Counted from the first letter of the stretch, positions 8,048 through 18,358 are shown. The stretch: DNA of 64,000 nucleotides from Candidatus Obscuribacterales bacterium (GCA_965228855.1 CBDDIJ010000003.1:512001-576000), one strand, 5' to 3'. Numbers and translations: made by a program. The notes: generated by a model from the letters alone, not told the origin.

Positions 8048-9162
8048 GCGCGGTCCGTGCTGGTTTCATCGACTTGAAAAATGGCGAAACGGTTTCCGCT
8101 TGGATCCTCGAAGCTGTAGGCTTCACCGTTTGGAGTACCGAATGGCCCAGCTACAGGTTTCCATCCGCGAGCAGTCAGGTCGCGAGCACAACTCGACAGA
8201 TCAGACACTCGAAAGACAGGCTGGCAACTCGGCGCTTGACGCGAGTCCGAGAGTAGAATGAGCGGACCTGCCGAGAGGCTGAAAGCTGTGATTTTGGAGC
8301 CGAAGCGATCGAATTTCCACACCTCTTGCGCACCAAGCACTTCGCGGTAATATGTCAGATCACGTTCATAGTCCGACGTTCCCATGTACAGGTACTCGAC
8401 GGAGAGGAACGGTAGTGCGGTATCAATCGCAGTGGCAGAGCTTTGTATTCGGGTCTGGTCACCGGCGGCGGCGATCTTTGCTGCGTGCGCATCGACCGAG
8501 AATGGTTCAATCTCCCGAGTATCGACACCGATTAGGCGAGACGGACGGGATGCGGGTGCTGTTGGTGCAGAAGAAGCAGCTGGCGATGAGGGAGCAAAAT
8601 TACTTTGCGCGGCGGATAGCGATCGATCTTGCCCAGTTGAGGTGCTCGGGATGTTGGAGCCAGTATTGGTGGCGCTGGAATTTTCGCCGGAGGAGTTGTG
8701 ATTTGAAGAGCCGGCACCGATAATCGTGCCTCCTTGACCTGGCGCCCCGCTACCAGTACCGCTGGTACCTGGCGCACCAATAATGGTGCCGGAGGAAGCT
8801 GGTGCTCCGATGATCGTTCCTCCGGATGGGCGCGCCGGAGCTGCTGGACTCACAGAAGCTCCGTCTGCTTTCGCCCCTTCAAGCTTCATTCTGCGTCGGT
8901 CTTCCATGCTGATTTCCAGCATTACCGCGCATGTTCTTTGTTTAAACTCGAAGGCTTCGGTCGATAAACCCTTTTCCTCGATCGCCTTGGCGAGATTCTG
9001 AAGTTCGCCTGCAATCTCTTTCTGATTTTTATTGCAGAGAATAGTGATGGTTTGCACTATGTCGCGATAGAGTTCGTTTGACCGCGCTGCATCTGAAGTC
9101 GCGATCGCTTCGTTCGCTTTTGCGAGGAGCTCTGCTCTTTGCGTGTCGTCTACAAATGGCAT
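8020..9162 (-). CDS. VOC/glyoxalase-family C-terminal domain fused to a helical N-terminal domain via a low-complexity linker
   Basis: C-terminal YLYMGTSDYERDLTYYREVLG...PVFRVSDL...GEAYSFEDPSGNRFAIFQ fits the VOC fold. The G/S/T/P linker carries three GTIIGA copies. Confidence 0.8.
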   Translation of the reverse strand: MPFVDDTQRAELLAKANEAIATSDAARSNELYRDIVQTITILCNKNQKEIAGELQNLAKAIEEKGLSTEAFEFKQRTCAVMLEISMEDRRRMKLEGAKADGASVSPAAPARPSGGTIIGAPASSGTIIGAPGTSGTGSGAPGQGGTIIGAGSSNHNSSGENSSATNTGSNIPSTSTGQDRSLSAAQSNFAPSSPAASSAPTAPASRPSRLIGVDTREIEPFSVDAHAAKIAAAGDQTRIQSSATAIDTALPFLSVEYLYMGTSDYERDLTYYREVLGAQEVWKFDRFGSKITAFSLSAGPLILLSDSRQAPSCQPVFRVSDLSSCARDLTARGWKPVAGPFGTPNGEAYSFEDPSGNRFAIFQVDETSTDRAYFDPTEGE

Positions 9163-9171
9163 TGGGGTTAC

Positions 9172-11352
9172 CTAACTTTGACCGAGACCGTAGAATCTTC
9201 GACCTTCTTTGTGAAGGTTGCGCAGGAAGTCGCTAATTTCTCTGTGTGGTTCGTACTTTGAATAAATCATTTCGAGTCGCTCAACGACGTAATCAATTCC
9301 GAGGTCGTCCGCATATCGTAGCAGTCCCCCGCGGAATCGAGGGAAGGCGATACCTAGTCCGAGCGCCAGATCTATCTCACGAGCTTTGCGAACGACTTTG
9401 TCTTCCAGGCAGCGCGCCGCTTCATCGATCATTGGAAGGAACAGTCGATCTCTGATAAGAATCGCAGTTTCCTCGTCTGGTTTTTCATCGGATACACAGA
9501 TGCCCGCTTCCGGCATGAATTCGGTGTTCCAGCCCAGCCGCTTACCCGTCTCATCCCAAAGGTAAAGACCGGCATTCGTTCTCTTACCATCGAAGCCGAA
9601 TGGCAAAATGTTGTCGAGCATCAATGGAGGCGTGTAACGCGGACCAAAACTTTCGTATAGCAAACGGCAAACTTTATTGCACAGGTCCCAGCCCAGATCG
9701 TCGAATAGCCAGAACGCTCCGATCGGTAAACCGAAGTTGATTGCCGTGTCATCGATCCAGTTAAGCGGAATTTTTTCGCTTCCCATGCGAGCTGCGTCGT
9801 TGAGGAACATGCAGAGCAAGCGGTTTACCAGAAAGCCCGGGCTATCTTTGACTGGTACTGGAACCTTTCCGAGTTGACTTACAAACCCGACGGCTCGCTT
9901 CAGAACCGCGGCGTCTGTTTTCTCGTGCGTCACAACCTCAACCAGCTCCAGTCGGTCGATTGGGCTAAAGAAGTGCAGTCCGATGACGTTTTCCGGATGA
10001 GTGCTGGATTGAGACATCGTGGAAATCGCAAATGACGATGTGTTGCTTGCAATCAGTGTTGTTGCAGGCACCACCTGTGATACTTCTTGAATAATGTTGT
10101 TTTTGAGATCGAGATCTTCGTAAACCGCTTCTACAATGAGCTGCGCAGGCGAAAACGCATCATAGTTTTCAACCGATTCAATACTCGGTTGCGCTTTACC
10201 TTGATAGTCTAAATTTTCCGTGAAGAGCGTTTCGATACGCTTAGTCAGCAATTCTGCTGCAGCGCTAGCCTTCTCTGCCGAACTACTCTTGAGCAGGATA
10301 TTCATATGTTTCGACGCTGCATTCTCAGCCAGCTCGGCGCCCATTCGACCACTGCCGATCACACCGAGGGTGGTGACACCGCCTGCTTCAAGCGCGCGGC
10401 GTGCGGACTGCACTGCCATCTCCTTCGAGATGTAGAAGTTGATCATGTTCTTGGCGATCGGTGAAACCGCTAGTTCCGCGAAGGCATCGGTCTCATGCTT
10501 CAGCCCTGACTCCAGACCTTCGCTCAAGCCCTTTTCGATCACTTCCATGACTTTCTTCGGGGCGGGATATTGACCACGTGTGCGGACGCGCACGGCTCGA
10601 TCGGTAATCTTGAGGGTGCTGAGTCGTTTCTTGAGTCCACCGTCAGCTTCGTCGGTTTTTGCGTCTTGAGCTGCGCGCTCCTTCACTCTGTCAAAGCCTG
10701 ACTTCAATAAGTCTAGCGCGAGTTTTGAAGCCGTCTCAATTAACTCCTCCTGTCCTACAAGTTTATCGACTATTCCAAGTTCCAAGGCTCGCAGGGCAGA
10801 AACCGGCTCACCTGAGAGGATAATTTCCAGGGCCGGCTTCAAACCGATCAGGCGGGGCAACCGTTGTGTGCCGCCCAAACCGGGCAGTAAGCCTATGTTC
10901 ACTTCCGGTAGCCCAATAAGTGTGTTGGGATTTTTTGTGGCGACGCGCTTATCGCAGCAAAGTATGAGTTCTAAACCAGCGCCGAAACAGATGCCATCAA
11001 CCGCTGCGACGACCGGCACCTGAAGTGCAAGCAGTTTGTTTAGCCCGACATGACCTTTGTCGGTCAGCGCGCGCGCAATGTTCTGGTCCGTGGTCTTTAA
11101 AATCTCGCGTATGTCCGCGCCGGCGATGAACATATTTTCTTTGCCGGACGCGAGGATGAGAGCCTTGATCTGCGGCTCCGTTGCGATGAACTCAAGACCT
11201 TCCGTGAAGCTTCGAATGACTTCCGATGACAGTGAATTGACGCCGGCTCTGCAATCGAGCGAGTAAACGGCGACGCCATCAGGTCTGAGTACCAGTTTTA
11301 AATCGCCCCAGGCACCCAGCACTATATCTTGCTCTTTCACGGCTTGACTCAA
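9172..11352 (-). CDS. fadJ: Fatty acid oxidation multifunctional enzyme alpha subunit (enoyl-CoA hydratase / 3-hydroxyacyl-CoA dehydrogenase)
   Basis: FIAGADI, GAGLEL, GLPEV..GLLPGLGGTQRLPRLIG, GSGRMG, ASNTSS, GLHFFSP and KDSPGFLVNRLL motifs. Confidence 0.88.
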   Translation of the reverse strand: MSQAVKEQDIVLGAWGDLKLVLRPDGVAVYSLDCRAGVNSLSSEVIRSFTEGLEFIATEPQIKALILASGKENMFIAGADIREILKTTDQNIARALTDKGHVGLNKLLALQVPVVAAVDGICFGAGLELILCCDKRVATKNPNTLIGLPEVNIGLLPGLGGTQRLPRLIGLKPALEIILSGEPVSALRALELGIVDKLVGQEELIETASKLALDLLKSGFDRVKERAAQDAKTDEADGGLKKRLSTLKITDRAVRVRTRGQYPAPKKVMEVIEKGLSEGLESGLKHETDAFAELAVSPIAKNMINFYISKEMAVQSARRALEAGGVTTLGVIGSGRMGAELAENAASKHMNILLKSSSAEKASAAAELLTKRIETLFTENLDYQGKAQPSIESVENYDAFSPAQLIVEAVYEDLDLKNNIIQEVSQVVPATTLIASNTSSFAISTMSQSSTHPENVIGLHFFSPIDRLELVEVVTHEKTDAAVLKRAVGFVSQLGKVPVPVKDSPGFLVNRLLCMFLNDAARMGSEKIPLNWIDDTAINFGLPIGAFWLFDDLGWDLCNKVCRLLYESFGPRYTPPLMLDNILPFGFDGKRTNAGLYLWDETGKRLGWNTEFMPEAGICVSDEKPDEETAILIRDRLFLPMIDEAARCLEDKVVRKAREIDLALGLGIAFPRFRGGLLRYADDLGIDYVVERLEMIYSKYEPHREISDFLRNLHKEGRRFYGLGQS

Positions 11353-11421
11353 TTGGCTCCCCTTGTGGTCTTGCGCAGTTTCGCGGCTTTGGTTGTCTTT
11401 TGTGGACTTGAAGTTTTTGGT

Positions 11422-12414
11422 TCAGTTTTTCGAAAAAGTTGTCAGCGCATAGCCGTAAACAACTTTTTCCGATTGCATCTCTTTCGGCAGCAGGTAAGCG
11501 TTTACAACGGCGTCGTCTGATTCGTCGCAAAGTTGATGCAACTGTTCAAAACCTTGAGTAAAATTTTGATCGACTATCGAGTACGAGCCGAACGGTTTCC
11601 CCTGATGCACGAAACCAAGAATCCGAGAGGGTTTATCGGTAGTGGACACCATTACGCATGCAGTATCGTTCTTCTCTGCAAGTGATGGCATCAAGTCTTT
11701 GATGTATGCCTTCGGATCGCCTGCATCAGCTGTCTGTCCCGCGCCTATTGGCACTCCGAGAAACAATGCGGACATTGCAATAACAACTTCGTCAGGCAAT
11801 TCGTAAACCTGCATCTCTGTGCTTTGCAGCATCAAGTCGTCCATCATCGCTTTCAGAGAGGCTTCCAGCACTTGAGTCTGCGGTTGAGGTTTTCTACCAT
11901 AAATGCAGCCCACGACTCGACCCTTGTACAACAGAGCGGCGGATCTGGAGAGCACCTCGGACGATTCGGCTTTGATACATCCAGTAAGTTCGCTTGCGGC
12001 GAGGTCGGCTAACAGCCGTTTTACATCGAAATCTGCGCTCTTGACCGCGTGGTTCAATTTGCCCGTGAGGCTGGGCATGATGATGTCAACGGCTCTTCTC
12101 AATCTAAAATTTCTTGGATACGAATCCGCCCAGACCGCAAATGCCGTCTCTTGCTCGCTCGGCAAGCCGAACTGCACGCGCTCGGTAGTGCCTATCATGT
12201 AGGCAAAAGTCATAAGCGCACGGTTTCCAGACATGCAGACGAAGGTTGCCGGGACGATCTGCCCGATTTGAAGTTCTTCGCGGCTCGGCAGAAATGCTTC
12301 AAGATCGTAGTTGAGGATCGTTGCGGTGTAGCCGCCCGGCTCCGGTGCTTCGACGCGACAAACCACGCTCTGTCCGGCTTTTAGAGACGAAATATCCTTG
12401 GAATCTTCAGCCAT
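11422..12414 (-). CDS. Hypothetical protein with an N-terminal S1/OB-like beta domain
   Basis: LKAGQSVVCRVEAPEPGGY...EAFLPS...LQIGQIV resembles an S1 pattern; the rest is unassigned. ATG 12414 follows GGAGG. Confidence 0.65.
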   Translation of the reverse strand: MAEDSKDISSLKAGQSVVCRVEAPEPGGYTATILNYDLEAFLPSREELQIGQIVPATFVCMSGNRALMTFAYMIGTTERVQFGLPSEQETAFAVWADSYPRNFRLRRAVDIIMPSLTGKLNHAVKSADFDVKRLLADLAASELTGCIKAESSEVLSRSAALLYKGRVVGCIYGRKPQPQTQVLEASLKAMMDDLMLQSTEMQVYELPDEVVIAMSALFLGVPIGAGQTADAGDPKAYIKDLMPSLAEKNDTACVMVSTTDKPSRILGFVHQGKPFGSYSIVDQNFTQGFEQLHQLCDESDDAVVNAYLLPKEMQSEKVVYGYALTTFSKN

Positions 12415-12564
12415 ACCCCTCCGGGGCAACCAAACGCAAACCAGTATCGAACGGCAATATTAGCATCTTGACATTAGTGCTAAACCTATTCATTGCTTTT
12501 CATAACTGCTACATCCGCAGGCTGTCCGGTCATATAATGCTTCAATACGATCCTGGAATTTATT

Positions 12565-13233
12565 GTGTTTCGCAAATCTTTGGTTAGCTTAGTTGCCATT
12601 CTGTCGCTCTCCGCGGTTGCCTGCGGGACTTCTGCGAGTCCATCGGCCGACACCGCAAATAGGGTGAAAGAAAAGCCGGTTGCAGAGATGACTCCTGAGG
12701 AGAGAGAGCAATCTATTCAGCGACTTTTGAAAGAGATTGAGTCGGTCGCGGAGAAGGCTGACGGAACTTTCGAAGACGGCTGGATTTGCAATCGAAACGC
12801 TCGCGTGTTGAAAACTGGCTATGCGCGTGTTCCTCCATCGGGCAAGGCGAAATTTGCTCTTGAGTATCGAAAAATGATCGAGGCTGCCGGTGAGAACCTG
12901 GCTCTCGACACATCGACATATGTTTCCTACAGCAAACGCTCGGATTTTACTCGAGACTATTGGAAAAACTCGGAGTACGCAAAAGCGTTCGATGCTGAGA
13001 CGAAAAAGAAGAAGGTTCAATGGATTTACGAATCCATGCTGGATGGGGGCGAGTTGTTCTGGAGGGCATATGAAAGCCTGCATCCGGAGCAGGTCAACTC
13101 TGCTGCGGTTTTGGCCCATTACAAAGAGCAGGACATGGTTTTCAACTATTCAGAAGACGACAAAACGCCTGGTACTTTTAGCGAACAGTTTATAAAATGG
13201 GGCGACGAGGGAAAGGCTGCAACTGACAAATGA
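12565..13233 (+). CDS. Hypothetical lipoprotein
   Basis: Signal peptide MFRKSLVSLVAILSLSAVA-C with a lipobox-like Cys. Its stop overlaps the next start (ATGA). Confidence 0.7.
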   Translation: MFRKSLVSLVAILSLSAVACGTSASPSADTANRVKEKPVAEMTPEEREQSIQRLLKEIESVAEKADGTFEDGWICNRNARVLKTGYARVPPSGKAKFALEYRKMIEAAGENLALDTSTYVSYSKRSDFTRDYWKNSEYAKAFDAETKKKKVQWIYESMLDGGELFWRAYESLHPEQVNSAAVLAHYKEQDMVFNYSEDDKTPGTFSEQFIKWGDEGKAATDK

Positions 13234-13913
13234 GCAGAGACGAAGAAGATTTGCGCAGAGAAGCGCTGTTTCAAAAGCGTTTGGCAGAGAGACGATTGGA
13301 ACAGAATCAGTTTCCGTGGAGCACCGGCGGTGGTGACTCAGCTGAATTCGATATTCCGAAGGACGAATCGAAGTTGTTCGCTGATCGGTCAATTGAGGAT
13401 GCCAGCTTATCTGATGACGAGGTCGAGCGGCGGGCCTTGTTGGATTTGACGTCTTACAATTTTTGGACGTTCTACAAGAGACTGAATTATGAAACCCGTC
13501 GAGCGCGAAGATACAAACGCGACCTGACACTGCTTTTAGTATCAGTTGACGGTTTACATGCAATTTCTGAACGCTATGGACTGCAGTGCGAGAACAACGT
13601 TATCCTGAGTTCCGGAAGAATTTTGCTGAGTTCTATAAGAGATGTCGACATCGCTGGTCGATGTCGCGATGACACCTTTGGTGTGATTTTGCCGGAAACA
13701 CCCGTATCTGGCGCCGAGGTGGCGGCGGAACGTTTGCGAACCAAAATGGAAGCGCATACAATCATGCACGGTCTCGATCGAATCTCGATCACCGCCAGCG
13801 TTGGCGGCACCAGCTTGCTGGAGACTGATAAGCAAGCGGATGTTATCGTGGCGCGCGCTATCGAAACTTTGAAGCGTTCAATGGTGCATGGCAACATGGT
13901 CTCGCTCGGTTGA
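13230..13913 (+). CDS. Degenerate GGDEF-domain protein
   Basis: DLTSYN..FYKRL..E.RRARRY.RDLTLLLVSVD, IRDVDIAGRCRDDTFGVILPET and ITASVG follow the GGDEF fold. GGDEF is replaced by CRDDT while the RxxD I-site is retained. Confidence 0.88.
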   Translation: MSRDEEDLRREALFQKRLAERRLEQNQFPWSTGGGDSAEFDIPKDESKLFADRSIEDASLSDDEVERRALLDLTSYNFWTFYKRLNYETRRARRYKRDLTLLLVSVDGLHAISERYGLQCENNVILSSGRILLSSIRDVDIAGRCRDDTFGVILPETPVSGAEVAAERLRTKMEAHTIMHGLDRISITASVGGTSLLETDKQADVIVARAIETLKRSMVHGNMVSLG

Positions 13914-13966
13914 AACAAAAGCGCGTTTCAATTGCTCTCAAGACCTGAACCGATAGCCTGAGCCTC

Positions 13967-15082
13967 TCACCGGTTCTCAACGATGCGTTTCCATGCCGGG
14001 CCGATTCCCTGGAGACCTTCGCGAATGCGCTCAATCGCTGCCTCGACTTCGAGGCGAACTTCGAATTCGCTATCGTTAATAGCTCGTTCCAAAAACGGTA
14101 GGGCTTCATTAGTGCCGACGTCGAAGAGGAAGCGAGCTGCGCGCCATCGGACCAGCTTATTTGCGTCTTGCAAGGCTTCGCACATCGCTGGTTCCGCCAG
14201 CGGATCGCCGATGTCCGACAGGGCATCGCCTGCGGTGCGGCGAACGCCTACGTGCGGATCTGTTAATACGGCCGTGCAAAGAGCCGGAATTGCGTCGATA
14301 CTACCCGTGGTGCCGAGCGCCGCGGCTGCCAGCCGGCGAACTTGTTGATTCTCATCTTTAAGGGCACGAGCTAGAAGCGGAACGGTTTCCTCAGATGCCT
14401 CAATCTCTTGCACCGCTGCCAGTCTTCGGCTCCAATCTTCATCATCGAGCCAGGCAGTGAGTGTTTCAACCGCAATCTCAGGCTGTTCAGTGCCGCTTGT
14501 TGCAGAATGCTTTGTTTGCTCCAGAGACTCAGTTGTGAACAGTCCCCTCAATTCCTCGGCTACTTCGTTGGCTACTTCGTCCCGACTGCCGTATCGAACA
14601 CCATGGTCAGCCCAGTATCTTTCCTTCAGGAAGTCCGCACCTGTCGAGTCCTGAATCGCCAGCGCCGCTTCATTGAATTGATTGCCCAGGCTAACTCTCG
14701 ATTCACCGTCCGTGGTGACCGCTTTAACTTGAATTGGAACACTTCGGAAGGTTTGAACAAAAACGTGAACTTGTCCTTCCTTTTCAAAAGCCTCTCGAAT
14801 GCCTGTTTCAGGAACCGGTGTAGAACTTGTTCCAGCTTCGAATAGTTGCGTAGCCTGTTCCAGAATCGTCTTCCAGTCCGATCTTGGATCGCGCGTGACC
14901 GTCACAAAGTCATTACAGGCGAAGACGCTTTTGACGCCTGTGATGGCAAGTAATTCTGATATGAACGGCGGGCAATTCGCAACGTCTTCAGCTGTATAAG
15001 TCTTTGTGACCGCCAGCTTCTCGCTGAGGTTCAACTTCATACTGTTAGGGTTCGGAGTGGTCTCTACTGACTTGAGTTGCAT
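13967..15082 (-). CDS. CvfC/YpgR-like protein (Nfu/NifU N-terminal scaffold domain, virulence-factor domain, HEAT/PBS-lyase repeats)
   Basis: ETTPNPNSMK N-terminus, VQTFRSVPIQVK, HEAT repeats, and RRTAGDALSD, NKLVRWRAARFL and GPAWKRI motifs typical of the family. Confidence 0.88.
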   Translation of the reverse strand: MQLKSVETTPNPNSMKLNLSEKLAVTKTYTAEDVANCPPFISELLAITGVKSVFACNDFVTVTRDPRSDWKTILEQATQLFEAGTSSTPVPETGIREAFEKEGQVHVFVQTFRSVPIQVKAVTTDGESRVSLGNQFNEAALAIQDSTGADFLKERYWADHGVRYGSRDEVANEVAEELRGLFTTESLEQTKHSATSGTEQPEIAVETLTAWLDDEDWSRRLAAVQEIEASEETVPLLARALKDENQQVRRLAAAALGTTGSIDAIPALCTAVLTDPHVGVRRTAGDALSDIGDPLAEPAMCEALQDANKLVRWRAARFLFDVGTNEALPFLERAINDSEFEVRLEVEAAIERIREGLQGIGPAWKRIVENR

Positions 15083-15173
15083 GCTGTTCCTCAGCCAATA
15101 TTGCTTACCTGAGCCTATCTCACTGTTTCAACACTCACGGCAAGTTCGATTCGCTTGCGCTGCAACTGGCCTG

Positions 15174-16262
15174 CTAGTCGCCTGGCGGCGGTACGTAAGT
15201 GTCTTTCAGTGGATCGACTTGCAATGCCTTGATTGACTTCGTAAATTTCAGAGGGTCGATGTCGGCGCCGGTTTCCATATTGCCCGACAGGCAGTCCGTT
15301 GTCGTAATTTCGGTAACGACCTTCTGGATGCCTGAGCAGATTTGATCTAGCGGCAAGTCATCGCCATCTAGACCGAACGGATCTTCGATGTCTTCAGCGA
15401 TCAGCTCCAAACCTATGAGGAAGTATGATGCAATCAGGACCAGCGGCAAACTGAACCAGATGTCTAGATTCGGACCAACGTACCATGGCAGGATCAATAA
15501 GTTCAACGCAATTCCCTGACGCATGAATGCGCGATATGACACCGCCAGTGGTGTCGACTTGATGCGCTCGCACGCGCCGGAAATATCCATGAACGCTCTC
15601 AAATGTGGGTCAAGAATGAGCATTGTCATTTCATTGATATGACCGCGCTGCTGCCAAAGGCTTACGGTCTCATAGATTCTGAGCGCGACTTGCGAAGGCA
15701 AGTGATATGACTTCGGAATCTGGTCGATGGGTTTTACGCCGGGAAGATTCTTTGTGGGTCTTGAATCACGCAGATGGTGCTTCAATGCGTAGGCGAACGA
15801 AGTGATCTGTTCGCCAATTCTGAGTTTGTCCGCCTGCGGTACGTTGACATAGGATTGCACTTTCAATGCGAGGTTTCTGGAGTCGTTGACCAGTTGTCCC
15901 CACAATCTGCGACCCTCCCACCAACGCTCGTATGCAGAGTTTGTGCGGAATACGAGCAGCAAGCCGAAGACAGCTCCGATAAACGCCGCGTTGGTTGCTT
16001 CTTTCAAGATCTGTTGCGATATGCCATGTTCCGATACCCAGCTCACGAACATGTCATAGACGCCCATCATCGCGATGTAGATCCACAGCCGCCGGAATAC
16101 TGGAATCTTGTGCATTCTCGTGAATGGATGCACGAATATCGACATGGTTTTCTTCATGCCCTTAGCTGTTTCCATGCTGGGCAATGTCATTGTGGCGCGC
16201 GGTGATGACGGCGGCGCTACTGCGGAGACACGCTGAACTTTTTCTTGATGCAGGTCGGACAT
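15174..16262 (-). CDS. Bestrophin-family anion channel (YneE-like)
   Basis: LLVFRTNSAYERWWEGRRLWGQLVN, GACERIKSTP and IEDPFG.D.DDLPLD motifs. Confidence 0.93.
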   Translation of the reverse strand: MSDLHQEKVQRVSAVAPPSSPRATMTLPSMETAKGMKKTMSIFVHPFTRMHKIPVFRRLWIYIAMMGVYDMFVSWVSEHGISQQILKEATNAAFIGAVFGLLLVFRTNSAYERWWEGRRLWGQLVNDSRNLALKVQSYVNVPQADKLRIGEQITSFAYALKHHLRDSRPTKNLPGVKPIDQIPKSYHLPSQVALRIYETVSLWQQRGHINEMTMLILDPHLRAFMDISGACERIKSTPLAVSYRAFMRQGIALNLLILPWYVGPNLDIWFSLPLVLIASYFLIGLELIAEDIEDPFGLDGDDLPLDQICSGIQKVVTEITTTDCLSGNMETGADIDPLKFTKSIKALQVDPLKDTYVPPPGD

Positions 16263-16574
16263 GACGTTATTTCCGGCTCCGAGTGTGGGCTTGGTGGGGA
16301 TTCCCAGTAGATTAATACTATACCTTTATTGTCAAGCGTCCATATTAGCCCGATTAAACGTTGTTATATGTCGTTATTTAGCAATTGCGAAACTTTGCAG
16401 GCTGCTGACTGGCTGGACGTTTATGAAGGCATCGGGTGCTGTTTCAACGAATCAAGGTCTTTACGCCGAGACCCGGTTCCTTAACATGACGCTTGGACGC
16501 TTGAAGGATAAACGTTTTTGCCGATGGATCTAAACCAATTTTTCAAAGCCAATCGCGACCACCGCGAATTTGGT

Positions 16575-18284
16575 TTACATGTGCTGGAGCTTCTCTTCCA
16601 CTTGCTTCTTACGCGGATCGTTCGGGTCAGCGCATCGCAGGAATTGGTGCAGTTCGTCTTTGGCACCTGTCAAATCGCCGGACTTCTCCAGTGTTTTGCT
16701 CAGAAGAAAGTGAGCGTTCGCATCCTGCGGTGCCAGTTTTGTCGCTTCCAAATAAGCTTTTGTCGCCTGGTTCAAATCGCCGGACAACATCAGAGTGGAA
16801 CCTAGATTCAGTTTCGCCGAAAGGGATTTCGGATCGAGGCTAACTGCTTTCTGGGCGCTCTGTACGGCGTCAGCAATGTTGCCGGATTGCACCTGTGCAA
16901 AACTAAGTTTGTCGAACAAATCAGCAGAGTTTGGATAAAGTGCAATCGCTTCGTTGATTACTTTAACGGCGCCCGCCGTGTCTTTGTCTTTGAGGTGATA
17001 AGTCGCCAGAGCCGTCAGCACAACCTTGTCTTTGGGATTGAGTTGATATGCCCTTTCCAGTTCGGTTTTGCTCTCGGTAATCCGCCCCAGCTGCGCTAGC
17101 ACGCGAGCATAGTTGGTGCGAAAGAGCGCATCATTTGGTTTCTCTTTGATGGCGCGTTGGTAAAGCTCAGCAGCTTTGTCCGGCTGTTTCTGCAGAGAAT
17201 AAATGGCGCCGAGGTCGGCTAAAGCGTCTGCATACGCCGGATCTGTCTCAATCGCTTTTTGATACTGGGCTATCGCTTCATCAACTTTTCCTTGAGTAAC
17301 CAGATCGTTGGCTCTGAAATAATATGACTCCGCAGCAAGGAAGTCGGAGATGTTGACCGGGATGTCGGAGGCTTCTTCGACGGCTTTAGCTCCGATTATC
17401 AAATCTTTGCCCTTCCAATCCGTCTTCAACATGGGTGTTTGCTTGGCTGTGAATTGTTTGCCGGCAGTCTCCTGCTCCGTCTGCGTTCTAGTCTTCTCGA
17501 ACGCCTCCCCAAGTGCGATCAGACCTTCCTTTTCTTTGAGGGCGGCGATCAAATTAGTGGAGAAGATATTGCTCCAGCTCATTTGATCAGGTTCGCATGA
17601 CGTCATCACAATAAAACCGCTGCCCGTTACAAGAGAGTTGCCGCCACCTGCTTTGGCTGGTTTTGCTTTGCCACCGCCGGCGAGGTCAGTGGCGCCACTG
17701 TACGAGGCTTGAACGACAAGTAAAATCCGCTCGGCCTTGACGTTATCCTTGATCGTTTTCATCAGGTCTTGCATCGATATGCAGGTCCCATAGATGTTGT
17801 CGAGCGCGCAGTCGTAAGCGCCGAGATAGGCGCTTCCATCTGTTGTTGGAAAGCTGTTGGTCGAAACGAAGACAACAACCAGGTCGTCAGGGCGCGCTAG
17901 TGAGCCCAGCCACTGAGGTCCAAGGCTGTTCAGAATGGCTTGTTTAGTTGCTTTTGAATTGGTCAATGTCCTGACATGCTTCGAGTCGAACCGACCACCC
18001 TTCGGACTGGTGAGATATTCGCTGAAGGCTTTCGCTGCTGAATCCTCTACCGGATCGTTGGAAACTAGACGCGTCTCTTTGAACTTGGATATTCCGACGC
18101 AAACCGCCCACTTCTGTCGAATGGGGCGGTTTGGTCCAGCTTTATTCGGGTCTAGATCCTGTACCTTGGTGAACTTGACGCCTGGTAGAGCCGGCTGACT
18201 CGTATTATCGGCTGCCATTGCCGGTGGTATCACTGCTAAGCCCAACCCGATGTTTAGTAAGGCAAAGAGTTTTTTCGAGCGCAT
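16575..18284 (-). CDS. Secreted caspase-like (peptidase C14 fold, catalytically degenerate) TPR protein
   Basis: Signal peptide; KWAVCVGISKF, LTNSKATKQAIL, DDLVVVFVSTNS, RILLVVQASYSG and QTP follow the C14 fold; about 7 TPRs at the C-terminus. Confidence 0.85.
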   Translation of the reverse strand: MRSKKLFALLNIGLGLAVIPPAMAADNTSQPALPGVKFTKVQDLDPNKAGPNRPIRQKWAVCVGISKFKETRLVSNDPVEDSAAKAFSEYLTSPKGGRFDSKHVRTLTNSKATKQAILNSLGPQWLGSLARPDDLVVVFVSTNSFPTTDGSAYLGAYDCALDNIYGTCISMQDLMKTIKDNVKAERILLVVQASYSGATDLAGGGKAKPAKAGGGNSLVTGSGFIVMTSCEPDQMSWSNIFSTNLIAALKEKEGLIALGEAFEKTRTQTEQETAGKQFTAKQTPMLKTDWKGKDLIIGAKAVEEASDIPVNISDFLAAESYYFRANDLVTQGKVDEAIAQYQKAIETDPAYADALADLGAIYSLQKQPDKAAELYQRAIKEKPNDALFRTNYARVLAQLGRITESKTELERAYQLNPKDKVVLTALATYHLKDKDTAGAVKVINEAIALYPNSADLFDKLSFAQVQSGNIADAVQSAQKAVSLDPKSLSAKLNLGSTLMLSGDLNQATKAYLEATKLAPQDANAHFLLSKTLEKSGDLTGAKDELHQFLRCADPNDPRKKQVEEKLQHM

Positions 18285-18358
18285 GTGTCGGTTTTACCTT
18301 TTGTTGTGCCGGTACTCGGCAGACCTCTTTAAATTGATTGTTGTGACCCTACGAGCCA

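Noticed and set aside
12460..12483. CIRCE-like inverted repeat TTAGCA...TGCTAA
   Set aside because: It spans 24 nt rather than the 27-nt TTAGCACTC-N9-GAGTGCTAA, has an imperfect left arm, and is not upstream of a chaperone gene.
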